64,000 bases of DNA from Bdellovibrionales bacterium (GCA_965199825.1 OZ241329.1:1760001-1824000), one strand, 5' to 3'; positions 48,635 to 58,240 are shown, numbered from the stretch's first letter. Notes: a model not told the origin generated them from the sequence alone. Numbers and translations are program-made.

Positions 48635-50228
48635 TAAAAACCACCAAATTTTGCCGGATAGCAACCTCTTTAAACGGTTCGAGTGTAAAGTCCTCGTGCA
48701 CGTTGCGCTTAATTAGGTCATATAAATTTTGTTTGAAATCAAAACTCAGTGAAGGCTCTTTGAGCAAAGCAATGTAATGGCGCGAGTAGGCCAACGAAAA
48801 ATTGTGTTCAAACAATTCATACATTGCAGAAACTTGACCCTCTGGATTTGAATCCCAAATCTGTGCATCATTTAAAAACTGATCGTAAAGGGGTTTGTGA
48901 TCTTTGGCGTAAGAAAGTTCTTTTAAAGCTTTTTGCACGTCGGTTTTGGGTGCAGGTTTACCGCGAACAATCGGTGGTGGCAAAAGCTGCGGTGTCACAT
49001 GAGCGGATTGCTTTTGATTCCAAATATAAAGCAATGTTTTGACCTCGCGATGCTCTACCGCAAGTCGCAACAGAACATTACTGATATGTTCCAACTCTGC
49101 AGACGCCACTTTGATCACAATGTTTAGCATTTTAAGCTGATCATCTTGGGATTGGGACGAATTGAGTCTTCTTTGCAGATTTTGAAGTGCTAAAGAGTCG
49201 GACCTAATTTTTTTAGAAAGCGCTGCACTTGCTTGCTCGACCGCTTCCGAGAAACGATAAAGCTCGGGAGCAGCCTGCTCCAATTCAGACTCTTCAATTT
49301 TATCATTGGGTCCTTGTTTGCGATAAGTGGCGGTTTGTTGATCGATCAATCGGTATTGGTTTTCGATATTTTTGGCCTGTATCGAATAATCGATCAGATC
49401 GAGATGATCCAAATAAGCGATATCTACTTTATTTAACTTTAAGGGTTCGGTTGCGCTACATAAGTTTTTAAAAGTCAGGGGCGATTGATTATCTAAAGAT
49501 TTTGGGATGGTCTTCAAGATTGAATTTGCGGTTTGTGTTTGTTCGCCAGAATTTAAAACATTCAAAAAGTTTGGTCGAACTGGTGCAATCGGTTGATACG
49601 AGAGCGGGAGCACCCCAATGTCTAAACCATAATAAAATGGCATAGACGTGCTATAGAGCTCACAATTTTGTTCGATAAGGCTTTGAGCGTGAACTAAGGT
49701 ATTAGCCAAAGCAAGACGGAGAGTTTGTGAAAACGCATATCTTCCCTGGCCAGATTTTTTTAAGGCGGCCACCAAGGTTTTTGCCCGAGCCGTATAAAAG
49801 CTGTTGATCCTGTTTTTTGGTTTCGCGCTCAAAATATCAACATAAGAGTCAAGCACCGAAGCTGTAAAAAAGGACTGCATCACTTCCCAGCCAGCGATGA
49901 ATTTTGAAAGCTTTTCGGTGAAATTGAAAAGTTGGTTTGAAAATCGGATGTGATGTTCTTTTAACCCATCCACCCGCAGTTTTATCCCCTCACGACGAAG
50001 ACTTAAAAACACAGCTTGGTTGAACTCCTCTGTCTCAAGCAGCCCATATTGAGCTAAAAGCAGTTGCGATTCATCGCTATCTTGAAGTTGGGCGATATAA
50101 AATTTGGAAATCGTCCCATTTTCTAAGGCTTTTAAAAATTGATCGCACGAATCTGGGCCCACTTGGGCCAAACTTAACGTCGATACAGAAAGGAAACATC
50201 CCAAGACAATACTAATAAATTTTTTCAT
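48621..50228 (-). CDS. Secreted hypothetical protein, paralogue 1 of tandem array
   Basis: Signal peptide then SCDQFL; ISKF, TEEFNQA, VLDSYVDIL, VDIAYL, FKQNL, VAIRQNL. Confidence 0.75.
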   Translation of the reverse strand: MKKFISIVLGCFLSVSTLSLAQVGPDSCDQFLKALENGTISKFYIAQLQDSDESQLLLAQYGLLETEEFNQAVFLSLRREGIKLRVDGLKEHHIRFSNQLFNFTEKLSKFIAGWEVMQSFFTASVLDSYVDILSAKPKNRINSFYTARAKTLVAALKKSGQGRYAFSQTLRLALANTLVHAQSLIEQNCELYSTSMPFYYGLDIGVLPLSYQPIAPVRPNFLNVLNSGEQTQTANSILKTIPKSLDNQSPLTFKNLCSATEPLKLNKVDIAYLDHLDLIDYSIQAKNIENQYRLIDQQTATYRKQGPNDKIEESELEQAAPELYRFSEAVEQASAALSKKIRSDSLALQNLQRRLNSSQSQDDQLKMLNIVIKVASAELEHISNVLLRLAVEHREVKTLLYIWNQKQSAHVTPQLLPPPIVRGKPAPKTDVQKALKELSYAKDHKPLYDQFLNDAQIWDSNPEGQVSAMYELFEHNFSLAYSRHYIALLKEPSLSFDFKQNLYDLIKRNVHEDFTLEPFKEVAIRQNLVVFNVRN

Positions 50229-50255
50229 ATAGATCCGAGCACTGCAAAACCAATG

Positions 50256-51986
50256 CTAATGGGACTGAGCGAGGCGATCGGAAATAAATTTTTCAACCTG
50301 GGATTCGAGCACCGACAAAGAGACATTGCCTGATCCAATGACCGCATTGTGAAATTCTTTAAGATCAAAACGTTCTCGAAGACGATCTTGTGCCATGGCC
50401 CGCAATTGTTTGATTTTGATCTCACCAATTTTATAACTCAGTGCTTGGCCAGGCCACACCGAATAGCGATTGGCCTCGATACGCTGAGTCTCCTCATCAA
50501 GAGAGAGATACTGCGACATATATTCCATCACCTTTTTTTGATTCCATCCGTACGCATGTATACCGGTGTCCACGACAAGGCGAACCGCGCGAAACATTTC
50601 AAAATTGAGGTTGCCCAGTTTTTCCAATGGAGAGATGTAGATTCCCATCTCGCGACCCAAATATTCGCTATAAAGGCCCCAACCTTCGGTAAATGCGGCA
50701 CAATAAAATAGTTTTCTTTGGTACTCACTTAAGGTGTTTTTAATCTGATAGATAAGCGCAAACTGGAGGTGATGACCCGGCGAGGCTTCGTGAACCGAAA
50801 GGGTTGCGGCTTCGTGCTTAAGCAAACTTTTTTTATTTACCACAAACCGACCAAAAGGTAAATACTCGGTAGGCTCATTATAAACCCCGATGGGTGCCTC
50901 CGAGTTGCTGGCTTCAACCACTTGATAATCAACCAAATTGGGTAATGAAAAAAACTTTGGAAGTGCAGTTGTCACACGGGATTTGATGTCCTGAAAGGCG
51001 GCCATCATTTCTAGAGAAGTTGCAAAACGATTTTTTGGATCTTGATTGAGTGACTTGAGGAACTTTGCAATAGGATCGTGATTGCCAATATCGTTTTGAA
51101 TCTTGCTAATCTGTTGAGCAATCAACTTGACCTGTTCAAGACCCAATTGGTGAATTTCTTTAGCACTCATTTTAAGTGAAGTGCTGGCTTGGATCTTATA
51201 GGCGTACCAATTTTTGGCATGTGGAAGTCCATAAATCCCAAATTGCTTTCGGCATTGAGGCTGATATTCGCTTAAATAAAAATCATTGAATGTACGATAA
51301 GCAGGCAAAATCTGTTCAACGATCATTTTTTTAAAATCGTTTTGAATTTGAGATCTTTCTTTTGCATTAATATTTTTTGGCAAGGTTTTGGCGGGCCGAT
51401 AAAAAGGATTTAAGGCCGGATCACTCTCAAGGGCAGCACTGTAAGAGCGTGGAACAAGATTTGCCACATCACAGCTTTGCACAATCTTTTTTTGTAGGCC
51501 TTTTTTATGAAGTTCGATTTCCCATTGCACATATTTTTTTAGGCCAGAGGCTCGTTTGATAAAATCAGAGTAATGCTTGGTCGAATCAAATGGAAAGTCG
51601 GTGAGTGCGGGGTTGGATTCGTCTAAAAAACTTTGGAGCCGATTCGAAATTTGATTAAAAGCGAGATACTCTTCGGGAAAACGAAGGCTCATGACGCTCT
51701 GATCGATATCTTCTTTAAATAAACGGTAGGTCCGCTGATCAGATAAAGATAATTTTTTAAAATCTACAGTTTTCAGTTTTTGATTTGTATTGAGCACAAT
51801 TTTTTTTGAGCGCTCAAAATATTCGGGGCTTGGGTAGTCGCCGAATTTTGAAAGGTCTTCCTCAATATTGAAGTCGGGCGCATGGAAAGCATCAAGTTTT
51901 CTTACCGCACTCGTGTAGTCAGAAATAATTTGATTGAGATCTTGGCCAAAAGTCAGTGAGGTCAGTAAAGCAAAAAGAATCACCAC
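50256..51986 (-). CDS. DUF885 family protein (putative M2-like metallopeptidase)
   Basis: HEASPGHHLQ, AFTEGWGLYSE, RAVRLVVDTGIH, PGQALSYKIG, FH..V; GTG start 51986/51983 overlapping the upstream stop. Confidence 0.88.
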   Translation of the reverse strand: MVILFALLTSLTFGQDLNQIISDYTSAVRKLDAFHAPDFNIEEDLSKFGDYPSPEYFERSKKIVLNTNQKLKTVDFKKLSLSDQRTYRLFKEDIDQSVMSLRFPEEYLAFNQISNRLQSFLDESNPALTDFPFDSTKHYSDFIKRASGLKKYVQWEIELHKKGLQKKIVQSCDVANLVPRSYSAALESDPALNPFYRPAKTLPKNINAKERSQIQNDFKKMIVEQILPAYRTFNDFYLSEYQPQCRKQFGIYGLPHAKNWYAYKIQASTSLKMSAKEIHQLGLEQVKLIAQQISKIQNDIGNHDPIAKFLKSLNQDPKNRFATSLEMMAAFQDIKSRVTTALPKFFSLPNLVDYQVVEASNSEAPIGVYNEPTEYLPFGRFVVNKKSLLKHEAATLSVHEASPGHHLQFALIYQIKNTLSEYQRKLFYCAAFTEGWGLYSEYLGREMGIYISPLEKLGNLNFEMFRAVRLVVDTGIHAYGWNQKKVMEYMSQYLSLDEETQRIEANRYSVWPGQALSYKIGEIKIKQLRAMAQDRLRERFDLKEFHNAVIGSGNVSLSVLESQVEKFISDRLAQSH

Positions 51987-52633
51987 GCCAGTTCTCGACC
52001 GCGATAATCCAAAAAGTGACCCGAGTGTTCCAATTTTTCGATTTGTTGCCAGATGCCTGCGGCAGAGGTTTCGACTTTGAGTGGCGCATTTTCGCCCCCC
52101 ATTCGGGTTTGAACCCATCCGGGATGAATAACCAAAGTTTTTAACCAGGGCTCGTCGCAGGTCAGAGATTTGTTGATCATGTTGAGTGCAGCTTTAGATG
52201 CTCGATAGGAGTACGAGCCGCCCGACGTATTATCGGCAATCGATCCCATAAGGCTCGTCACATGAATCACTTTTGGATTTTTAGATTTTTTTAATAATGG
52301 CACTACCGCCCGAGTTAAAAAAAGAGGGATGACGCTGTTGATCTCAAAGGTTTTTAAAAAATCGCTCATCTCAGTATCGCCATTGTAGACGCCTGCATTG
52401 TTGATCAAAAGATCCAAGGACTCGTGAGATGAAACCTTAATAACGATCTGGTCAATATCGGTGGTCAGCTCAGCCTCAAGAATATTTAAATGGTCTGGAT
52501 ATTTTTTTTTGAGTTCTTTAAGCTCAGGGGAAGGCTTTCTCGCGACAGCAAAAACCTCATATTTTTTTTGAATTGCGATCTCGGTGAGTTTAAGTCCAAT
52601 GCCCTGTGATGTTCCAGTAATTAAAATTTTCAT
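51980..52633 (-). CDS. Short-chain dehydrogenase/reductase (CsgA/C-factor-like)
   Basis: ITGTSQGIG, NNAG, S.MGSI, YSYRASKAALNM, HPGWVQTRMGG. Confidence 0.92.
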   Translation of the reverse strand: MKILITGTSQGIGLKLTEIAIQKKYEVFAVARKPSPELKELKKKYPDHLNILEAELTTDIDQIVIKVSSHESLDLLINNAGVYNGDTEMSDFLKTFEINSVIPLFLTRAVVPLLKKSKNPKVIHVTSLMGSIADNTSGGSYSYRASKAALNMINKSLTCDEPWLKTLVIHPGWVQTRMGGENAPLKVETSAAGIWQQIEKLEHSGHFLDYRGRELAW

Positions 52634-52769
52634 GTCTCATTTTTAGATGGTGTTCTGCTTTTAAGACAAATGATTTATTTAGGATATCTTGTCTCGTATT
52701 TGGTCGATTGAGACGATAGTTGCCTTTCGGTCGCAAAAGCATGTTCAAATAGAGAAGGCGAGGGGGCTC

Positions 52770-54533
52770 ATGTTGAACGTCAAGCTGTTTACGCGAAAGA
52801 TCCAAAACTCGAAGGGACAATCCTTAATTCAGGTTGTGATCGCGATCGGAATGGCTGGAGTCTTAAGTCTTGTGCTGCTCTCAATCCAGCAGATTATGAA
52901 TAAGCAACAGTATCAAAGCACCCTCGATTTCCAAGTTAAACAAAAAAGATTGATGATCGAGCAGTTCATTAACAATCCAATTTCTTGGAAGTACACCATT
53001 GCGGCAAACTCTGGCTTGAGCTGTTTAAATTCTCCATCAACCTGTCGTACCGGCGACACCACCAATGTGTTCATTGTTAAAGACACCACTTCACCCAATG
53101 GAAACACTTTTTATGATTGGAGCAGCGGCGGCGGGTTAAATCTTCAAGGAACCGCTTGCCCTGGATTTATCAATCCACCAGCTCCCGATCACACAGGAAA
53201 TGGAAATTCGAAATGTCCTTTGCAATTTCAGATCAGTTGGACTGCTGAGTGTGGAGGACCAACTGGAACTCTTTGCGGAGCGACGCCGATCCTTTCAAAG
53301 ATTAATATGAATTTAGTTTACAACCCTGGGCCCGATGCGATTGCAATTCCATTTAGCACCCTGAATTATAGCAAAACATTTCCGCAAGGTGGCGATGCCA
53401 ATGGTGCGATGACGTGTAATTGGCAATACACAGCTGCAGGACTTGTTGAAGTGTGTGGACGGGTTGGCATCGGGACAACGAGTCCCACTCAGCAATTGGA
53501 TGTTGCGGGCAATGCCAATTTTTCGGGATTTATCACTCCGAATCGTGTGCAAAACATCAATGGAACAGATGCAGCACCGGCCTATTCGTTTTTGAATAGT
53601 CCTGCGACAGGAATCAATTCTCCATCGAACAACACAATGAGTGTGGTGACAAATTCGGTTGAGCGGATGCGCGTAACTCCTTCGGGTAATGTCGGTATTG
53701 GTTCAACTTCACCAATTGGCAATCTTGATGTTACCGGCAGCACATATATGAGAGCGCCTTTAGGATCAGGTGGATATGGATCATCAAGTGGTCAGGTCCT
53801 TAAATTCACCACAGATACCGGACTTAAATTAATGAGTTTTAATATCGAATCTCAATTTCCTGCCCATTCGAGCATTGTCTACAGAAACGACTTAAAATCT
53901 GGATATGGCGACAACTGGATGATGGCGTTTCGTCTTTCTGGGAGTTGGCCTGGTGGAAGTCCAAGTGGTCCAAGCAATCGAATTGAATTTTTTGGTGGAG
54001 CACGTAATGATTCCACAGATACTATAGCCATTTCGCACGGTAATTTATCGTTTCAAACAGATTGTATCGCCGGCGAGACCTGCACCTCGGTCTTTCAAAG
54101 AAATCCGATGCCTTCAGACAGTCGCCTCAAAGATCATATCCGACCTTTTACAAAAGGCTTGGATACAATTAATCAAGTGCATCCCGTATTTTATCAATAC
54201 AATGGGCTCGGTGGAACCATTAAGGATGGAAAAGATCAATTGGGTGTGATTGCCCAAGAACTTGAAAAACAATTACCCGAACTCGTAACCAAAAAAGAGA
54301 TGCAGCTTCACAAAGAGGATCAAAAATTAACCGAAATTCGCCAGGTAAATTATATTGGTTTAATATTCGTCGTCATCAATGCGGTTCAAGATTTATATAA
54401 AAAGCTGTTCTCTGCTGACGGAGTGATTCAACAACTTAAAAATGAAAATAAAAATTTATCTGTTGAGGTCAAAGAACTCAAAGCCATCGTTTGCGGGGAT
54501 CATCCAAAAGCCGCCTACTGCACTCAAAAATAA
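52770..54533 (+). CDS. Pilin-like N-terminus fused to tail-fibre shaft and S74 intramolecular chaperone (fibre A)
   Basis: Basic leader-KG|QSLIQVVIAIGMAGVLSLVLL; Cys-rich domain; VGIGTTSP/VGIGSTSP repeats; SDSRLKDHI; GVIAQELEK.LPELV; coiled coil. AGGGGG RBS before ATG 52770. Confidence 0.85.
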   Translation: MLNVKLFTRKIQNSKGQSLIQVVIAIGMAGVLSLVLLSIQQIMNKQQYQSTLDFQVKQKRLMIEQFINNPISWKYTIAANSGLSCLNSPSTCRTGDTTNVFIVKDTTSPNGNTFYDWSSGGGLNLQGTACPGFINPPAPDHTGNGNSKCPLQFQISWTAECGGPTGTLCGATPILSKINMNLVYNPGPDAIAIPFSTLNYSKTFPQGGDANGAMTCNWQYTAAGLVEVCGRVGIGTTSPTQQLDVAGNANFSGFITPNRVQNINGTDAAPAYSFLNSPATGINSPSNNTMSVVTNSVERMRVTPSGNVGIGSTSPIGNLDVTGSTYMRAPLGSGGYGSSSGQVLKFTTDTGLKLMSFNIESQFPAHSSIVYRNDLKSGYGDNWMMAFRLSGSWPGGSPSGPSNRIEFFGGARNDSTDTIAISHGNLSFQTDCIAGETCTSVFQRNPMPSDSRLKDHIRPFTKGLDTINQVHPVFYQYNGLGGTIKDGKDQLGVIAQELEKQLPELVTKKEMQLHKEDQKLTEIRQVNYIGLIFVVINAVQDLYKKLFSADGVIQQLKNENKNLSVEVKELKAIVCGDHPKAAYCTQK

Positions 54534-54651
54534 TATTTTTATAGAATCCGGCTGTTGATGCAGCCGCGCATGATGTTAGCCTATTTTTTTGCACTTTTTT
54601 AATTTGCCGTGCTCTAATCTCTCTTAGATTTTACGAAGAGAGAGGCGCCGT

Positions 54652-56277
54652 TTGAAAATCAAAGATCAAATACTTAAAAATTCTAAAGGACAATCGTTAA
54701 TCCAAGTAGTGATCGCTCTGGGTATGGTTGGAATGCTGACGCTGGTGTTGCTATCGGTGCAGCAGATTATTAATAAGCAACAGTATCAGAGTTCTTTGAA
54801 TTTTCAGGTAGATACAAACTTGAGAATGATTCAGTCCCTGATTAACAATCCCACCGCCTGGGGTTTTACGATTGCAGCGAACTCAGGTTTGGCTTGTGCT
54901 GCTAATCCTTCGACATGTCGCCAAGGTGATACCGCAAATGTTTTTATAGTAAAAGACTCCATTCTTCCTAGTGGAAATGTTTATTACGATTGGACTGGCC
55001 CCAAGGGACTAGACAAATCAGGCACTCCCTGCACGGGATTTGTGAATTCTCCGATTCCAGGTGTGACTGGCAATGGAAATTCGCAATGCCCGCTTCAATT
55101 TCAAATCCAGTGGACCGCAGACTGTTCACTGCCGCCCGGAACTCTTTGCGGAATAAGTCCAATGACATCAAAAATTGTGATCAACACTGTCTACAACCCT
55201 GGGCCTGATACCGTCGCAATCCCGTTTAATACCAAAGCAAAGATACTGCCGTTTACGCAAGGAACATCGGGAGGACCCGCTTGCTCTTGGCAAACTAATT
55301 CTTTGGGCCTTGTCGAAAATTGTGGAAATGTGGGTGTTGGAACAACTTCCCCCCAAGCGAATCTTGATGTCATGGGCACTACTTTGTTAAGGAAAGTAGG
55401 GATTGGTACGACTTCCCCCCAAGCGGACCTTGATGTCGTGGGCACCACAATTTTAAGAACGGCTACGGGAACTTTAGGTTTTGCGAGCGGGAAAGTCCTT
55501 CGATTTTACGCAAATTCAGGCCTTCCTCTGATGAGTTACAGTATCGAATCTACTGGCGCTGGGCTCGGTATGAATGTCGTGCATCGTAATGATATGAAAA
55601 CCACTCCAACAAGTGACAGTTGGATGATGAACTTTCGTTTGAATGGGAGTCCTAGTAGTTCAATTCCCGGTGATTGGCCTCAATACGCATTCGGTTCGCC
55701 AAACAACAGGATCGAATTTTTTGGTGGAATTAATAATGATAAGCATGACAGCATTAACATTGCGGCTGGTGGGATTTATTTTCAGGAGAAATGTATTGCG
55801 GGAGATCCAACTTCTTCAGCATGTCCCCATTCGATATTCGCGCCATATCCAATACCCTCGGACGAAAGGCTTAAAGACCACATAAGACCATTTGTGAAAG
55901 GCCTGGAGGCTCTCAACAAAATTAAGACTAAACTTTTTAGATTTAATGGCCTTGGTGGTAGTGTGAACGATGACAAAGACAAAATCGGTGTGATTGCTCA
56001 GGAACTCGAAAAGCTTCTTCCCGAACTGGTGTTCGAAGAAGGTGAAAAATTTCATAAAGAAGACAAAGAACTCACGATGATCAAAAAAGTAAACTACACC
56101 GGATTAACTTTCGTCACCATCAACGCTATCCAAGATCTCTACAAAAAACTCTTTGGCGACAGTGGAGTGATTCAACAACTCAAAGATGAAAACAAAGCCC
56201 TGACCGCACAGGTCACAGAGTTAAAATCAATGTTCTGTGCGGAACATCCTCGATCTGCGGCTTGCAAGAAAAAATAA
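54652..56277 (+). CDS. Pilin-like N-terminus fused to tail-fibre shaft and S74 intramolecular chaperone (fibre B)
   Basis: KG|QSLIQVVIALGMVGMLTLVLL; VG(V/I)GTTSP x2; SDERLKDHI; GVIAQELEK.LPELV; coiled coil; paralogue of fibre A. Confidence 0.85.
   Translation: MKIKDQILKNSKGQSLIQVVIALGMVGMLTLVLLSVQQIINKQQYQSSLNFQVDTNLRMIQSLINNPTAWGFTIAANSGLACAANPSTCRQGDTANVFIVKDSILPSGNVYYDWTGPKGLDKSGTPCTGFVNSPIPGVTGNGNSQCPLQFQIQWTADCSLPPGTLCGISPMTSKIVINTVYNPGPDTVAIPFNTKAKILPFTQGTSGGPACSWQTNSLGLVENCGNVGVGTTSPQANLDVMGTTLLRKVGIGTTSPQADLDVVGTTILRTATGTLGFASGKVLRFYANSGLPLMSYSIESTGAGLGMNVVHRNDMKTTPTSDSWMMNFRLNGSPSSSIPGDWPQYAFGSPNNRIEFFGGINNDKHDSINIAAGGIYFQEKCIAGDPTSSACPHSIFAPYPIPSDERLKDHIRPFVKGLEALNKIKTKLFRFNGLGGSVNDDKDKIGVIAQELEKLLPELVFEEGEKFHKEDKELTMIKKVNYTGLTFVTINAIQDLYKKLFGDSGVIQQLKDENKALTAQVTELKSMFCAEHPRSAACKKK
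55330..55458 (+). repeat. In-frame 66-bp-period imperfect tandem duplication in fibre B
   Basis: Copies start at 55330 and 55396, sharing ACTTCCCCCCAAGCG.A.CTTGATGTC.TGGGCAC. Confidence 0.85.
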
Positions 56278-56279
56278 CC

Positions 56280-57362
56280 TCAAAGCCGCCGCTGCAAAAA
56301 TTCGATACCTTTGTTCACCGACTCGCGGCTAAAAAAGTAAACCATGATGTGGCCCATGTATTTTGCCAAATAGGTTTCGACCTCAACATCTTTTTGTTTG
56401 AGAGCCTGAGCCATAAAATCCATTTGTTCGGGTTCAACCAGCGAATCCCACTCGCCGTGATACAAAAATACAGGGGGCGAGTTCTTTTGCACATGATAAA
56501 CGGGCGAGGCGGCTCGCCAAATTTCGGGATCCTGATCAAACGTGCGGCCCAAAAATTCAAACACCAAAGGAGAGTGCGGCCATGCTTCAAGACGAGCTGG
56601 AGTTCCTCCTGCCACAATCGCCTTTAGATCGCTATCAAGACCTGCAAGCAAAATGAGATTTGAACCCGCAGAATAGCCCCAACCGCCTATGCGTTGGGAA
56701 TCAATTTGATATTGTTCCGCATGTTGTTTGAGCCATAAAATGCTATCGCGAATATCATTCACCGCTGCGGGATAAAGTGATTTCGGTGCAAATCGATAGG
56801 TCACGTTGAATGCGGCAAATCCTTGATTTGCAAGTTTATGACAGACGTTAACCATATCACCTGAGCGTTTGACCCATGCTCCTCCATGAACAACGATCAC
56901 AGCCGGGTGGGGGCCGTCACCCTCAGGCAAATAAAGATCACCACGCAACTCTTGATTTTCAATTTTTTTAAAAACAATATTTGTTATGACTGTCCATTTC
57001 TCCTGTTCAACAAAACTGATTGCCCATGCCATAAATAAAATTTGTAAGGGAAGACGAGCTATCAAAATCCAGCGCGGAATGTTTTTAAATTTGGTGTGTT
57101 GATGTTGAATCATAAAAATATGGACCGGTAAAAAAACAATCAGCATCAACACAATGCTCAAACAGGCAAAATTCTTCAAAGGTTCGTAGAGGAGCATCAA
57201 TCCTAAGCCAAGTTCACAGACTCCGCTCAAAAAAATCATCGAACGATGATAGGGGATCCAGGGGGGCATCATCGGAAGATAAAATGCAGGTGCCCGAAAG
57301 TGATTGAGTCCCGCAATAATATAAAGAGCGCTCATCAAATAAAGAAAAAATAAAGAATGCAT
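56280..57362 (-). CDS. DoxX-like membrane domain fused to alpha/beta hydrolase (esterase)
   Basis: N-term AGLNHF...MMPP..P...SG..E...ARLPLQ; C-term HGGAW, YRFAP, GYSAG, HG..D.LV, GH; no intervening stop. Confidence 0.8.
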   Translation of the reverse strand: MHSLFFLYLMSALYIIAGLNHFRAPAFYLPMMPPWIPYHRSMIFLSGVCELGLGLMLLYEPLKNFACLSIVLMLIVFLPVHIFMIQHQHTKFKNIPRWILIARLPLQILFMAWAISFVEQEKWTVITNIVFKKIENQELRGDLYLPEGDGPHPAVIVVHGGAWVKRSGDMVNVCHKLANQGFAAFNVTYRFAPKSLYPAAVNDIRDSILWLKQHAEQYQIDSQRIGGWGYSAGSNLILLAGLDSDLKAIVAGGTPARLEAWPHSPLVFEFLGRTFDQDPEIWRAASPVYHVQKNSPPVFLYHGEWDSLVEPEQMDFMAQALKQKDVEVETYLAKYMGHIMVYFFSRESVNKGIEFLQRRL

Positions 57363-57457
57363 GCATTCAAGTCTGATCTACCAATAGGCTTTGGGCAATG
57401 ATTTGATTGTGACTGACTTTGTTCTAAGCTATTTGGTTTAATATTTGGAGGTGCCTC

Positions 57458-58237
57458 TTGGCGATCGCAATTTTTTGTTTATTTGTTCTCAATGCCTTTA
57501 GTGATTCAATTGATGATGTCACATGCCGCAATAAGCTTTTGCGCCCCCTTCCAATATCGCAAGGTGCTGCGGGATTAATTCATAAACGTCTCAAACTTAT
57601 AAAACCTGGGGACTATGTTCACTTTCAAACTCGACGTGGGCGAAACGATAGAGTCGAGGCGAAATATTTGGGTTCAGATCGTGAGAAGATAGAATTAACC
57701 GGCCAAGGAATCTATTATGAAATCGCTTGGTCAGATATTGTTCCGTATTCCATCAAAATGATCAAAAATTTTAAGTATGATCCAAAGTCGAAGGCGATTG
57801 CTCGTTTTTGTGATGGGGATCACTCACAGATTGCCTTTGTCGAGCGTGAGCCACATTCCGATCGATTAGTTTCACACACCTGTGTCACACTCGATTTTGT
57901 TCCATTTTTTGATAAGCAGTGGCATGTGTGGTTCAAAGATCAGGGCGATCCAACCACGATTCCAACCAAAAATATTCTTTTAAGTTCTTTGCTTTCGGTT
58001 GAGCACAATCGCACCAACTCGCTGTTTACTTTGCAACATGACTTGCTGGACGCAGCTTCTCAAAAAAAAATGGTGTTGCTTGCGATACCTGAAGAAAACG
58101 AATTTTATGTCGAAGTGATTCGGCCATTGGCAGTGACCCCCGATTTTTTAATTTTCCAGCAGGAGGACGGCACTCCGGGCACTTACACCTATGACGATCT
58201 TGCCCATGCCAACTATGCTATTTTTGAGGCGTTATAA
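57458..58237 (+). CDS. Secreted hypothetical protein
   Basis: GGAGG RBS, TTG start, signal peptide followed by TCRNKLL. Confidence 0.6.
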   Translation: MAIAIFCLFVLNAFSDSIDDVTCRNKLLRPLPISQGAAGLIHKRLKLIKPGDYVHFQTRRGRNDRVEAKYLGSDREKIELTGQGIYYEIAWSDIVPYSIKMIKNFKYDPKSKAIARFCDGDHSQIAFVEREPHSDRLVSHTCVTLDFVPFFDKQWHVWFKDQGDPTTIPTKNILLSSLLSVEHNRTNSLFTLQHDLLDAASQKKMVLLAIPEENEFYVEVIRPLAVTPDFLIFQQEDGTPGTYTYDDLAHANYAIFEAL

Positions 58238-58240
58238 GTT

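Noticed and set aside
44509..50228. Array as a toxin-immunity or anti-phage defence locus
   Set aside because: No small immunity-like genes and no nuclease, NTPase, TIR or SIR2 motifs recognised; the proteins appear exported.
51987..52118. Long N-terminal extension of the DUF885 ORF (likewise extensions of phnE, pyrE, topA and fibre A)
   Set aside because: Longest-ORF artefacts; downstream starts give proper signal peptides, RBS or stop-start coupling.
54534..54651. Riboswitch or ncRNA between the fibre genes
   Set aside because: Only a short GGCTG/CAGCC hairpin; no recognisable aptamer consensus.
52770..56277. Prophage or tailocin suggested by tail-fibre domains
   Set aside because: No capsid, terminase, sheath, baseplate, lysis or integrase genes nearby; both fibres carry host export signals.
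52634..56279. Shufflon or diversity-generating retroelement acting on the fibres
   Set aside because: No recombinase or reverse transcriptase, no inverted cassettes, and no adenine-specific TR/VR pair seen.
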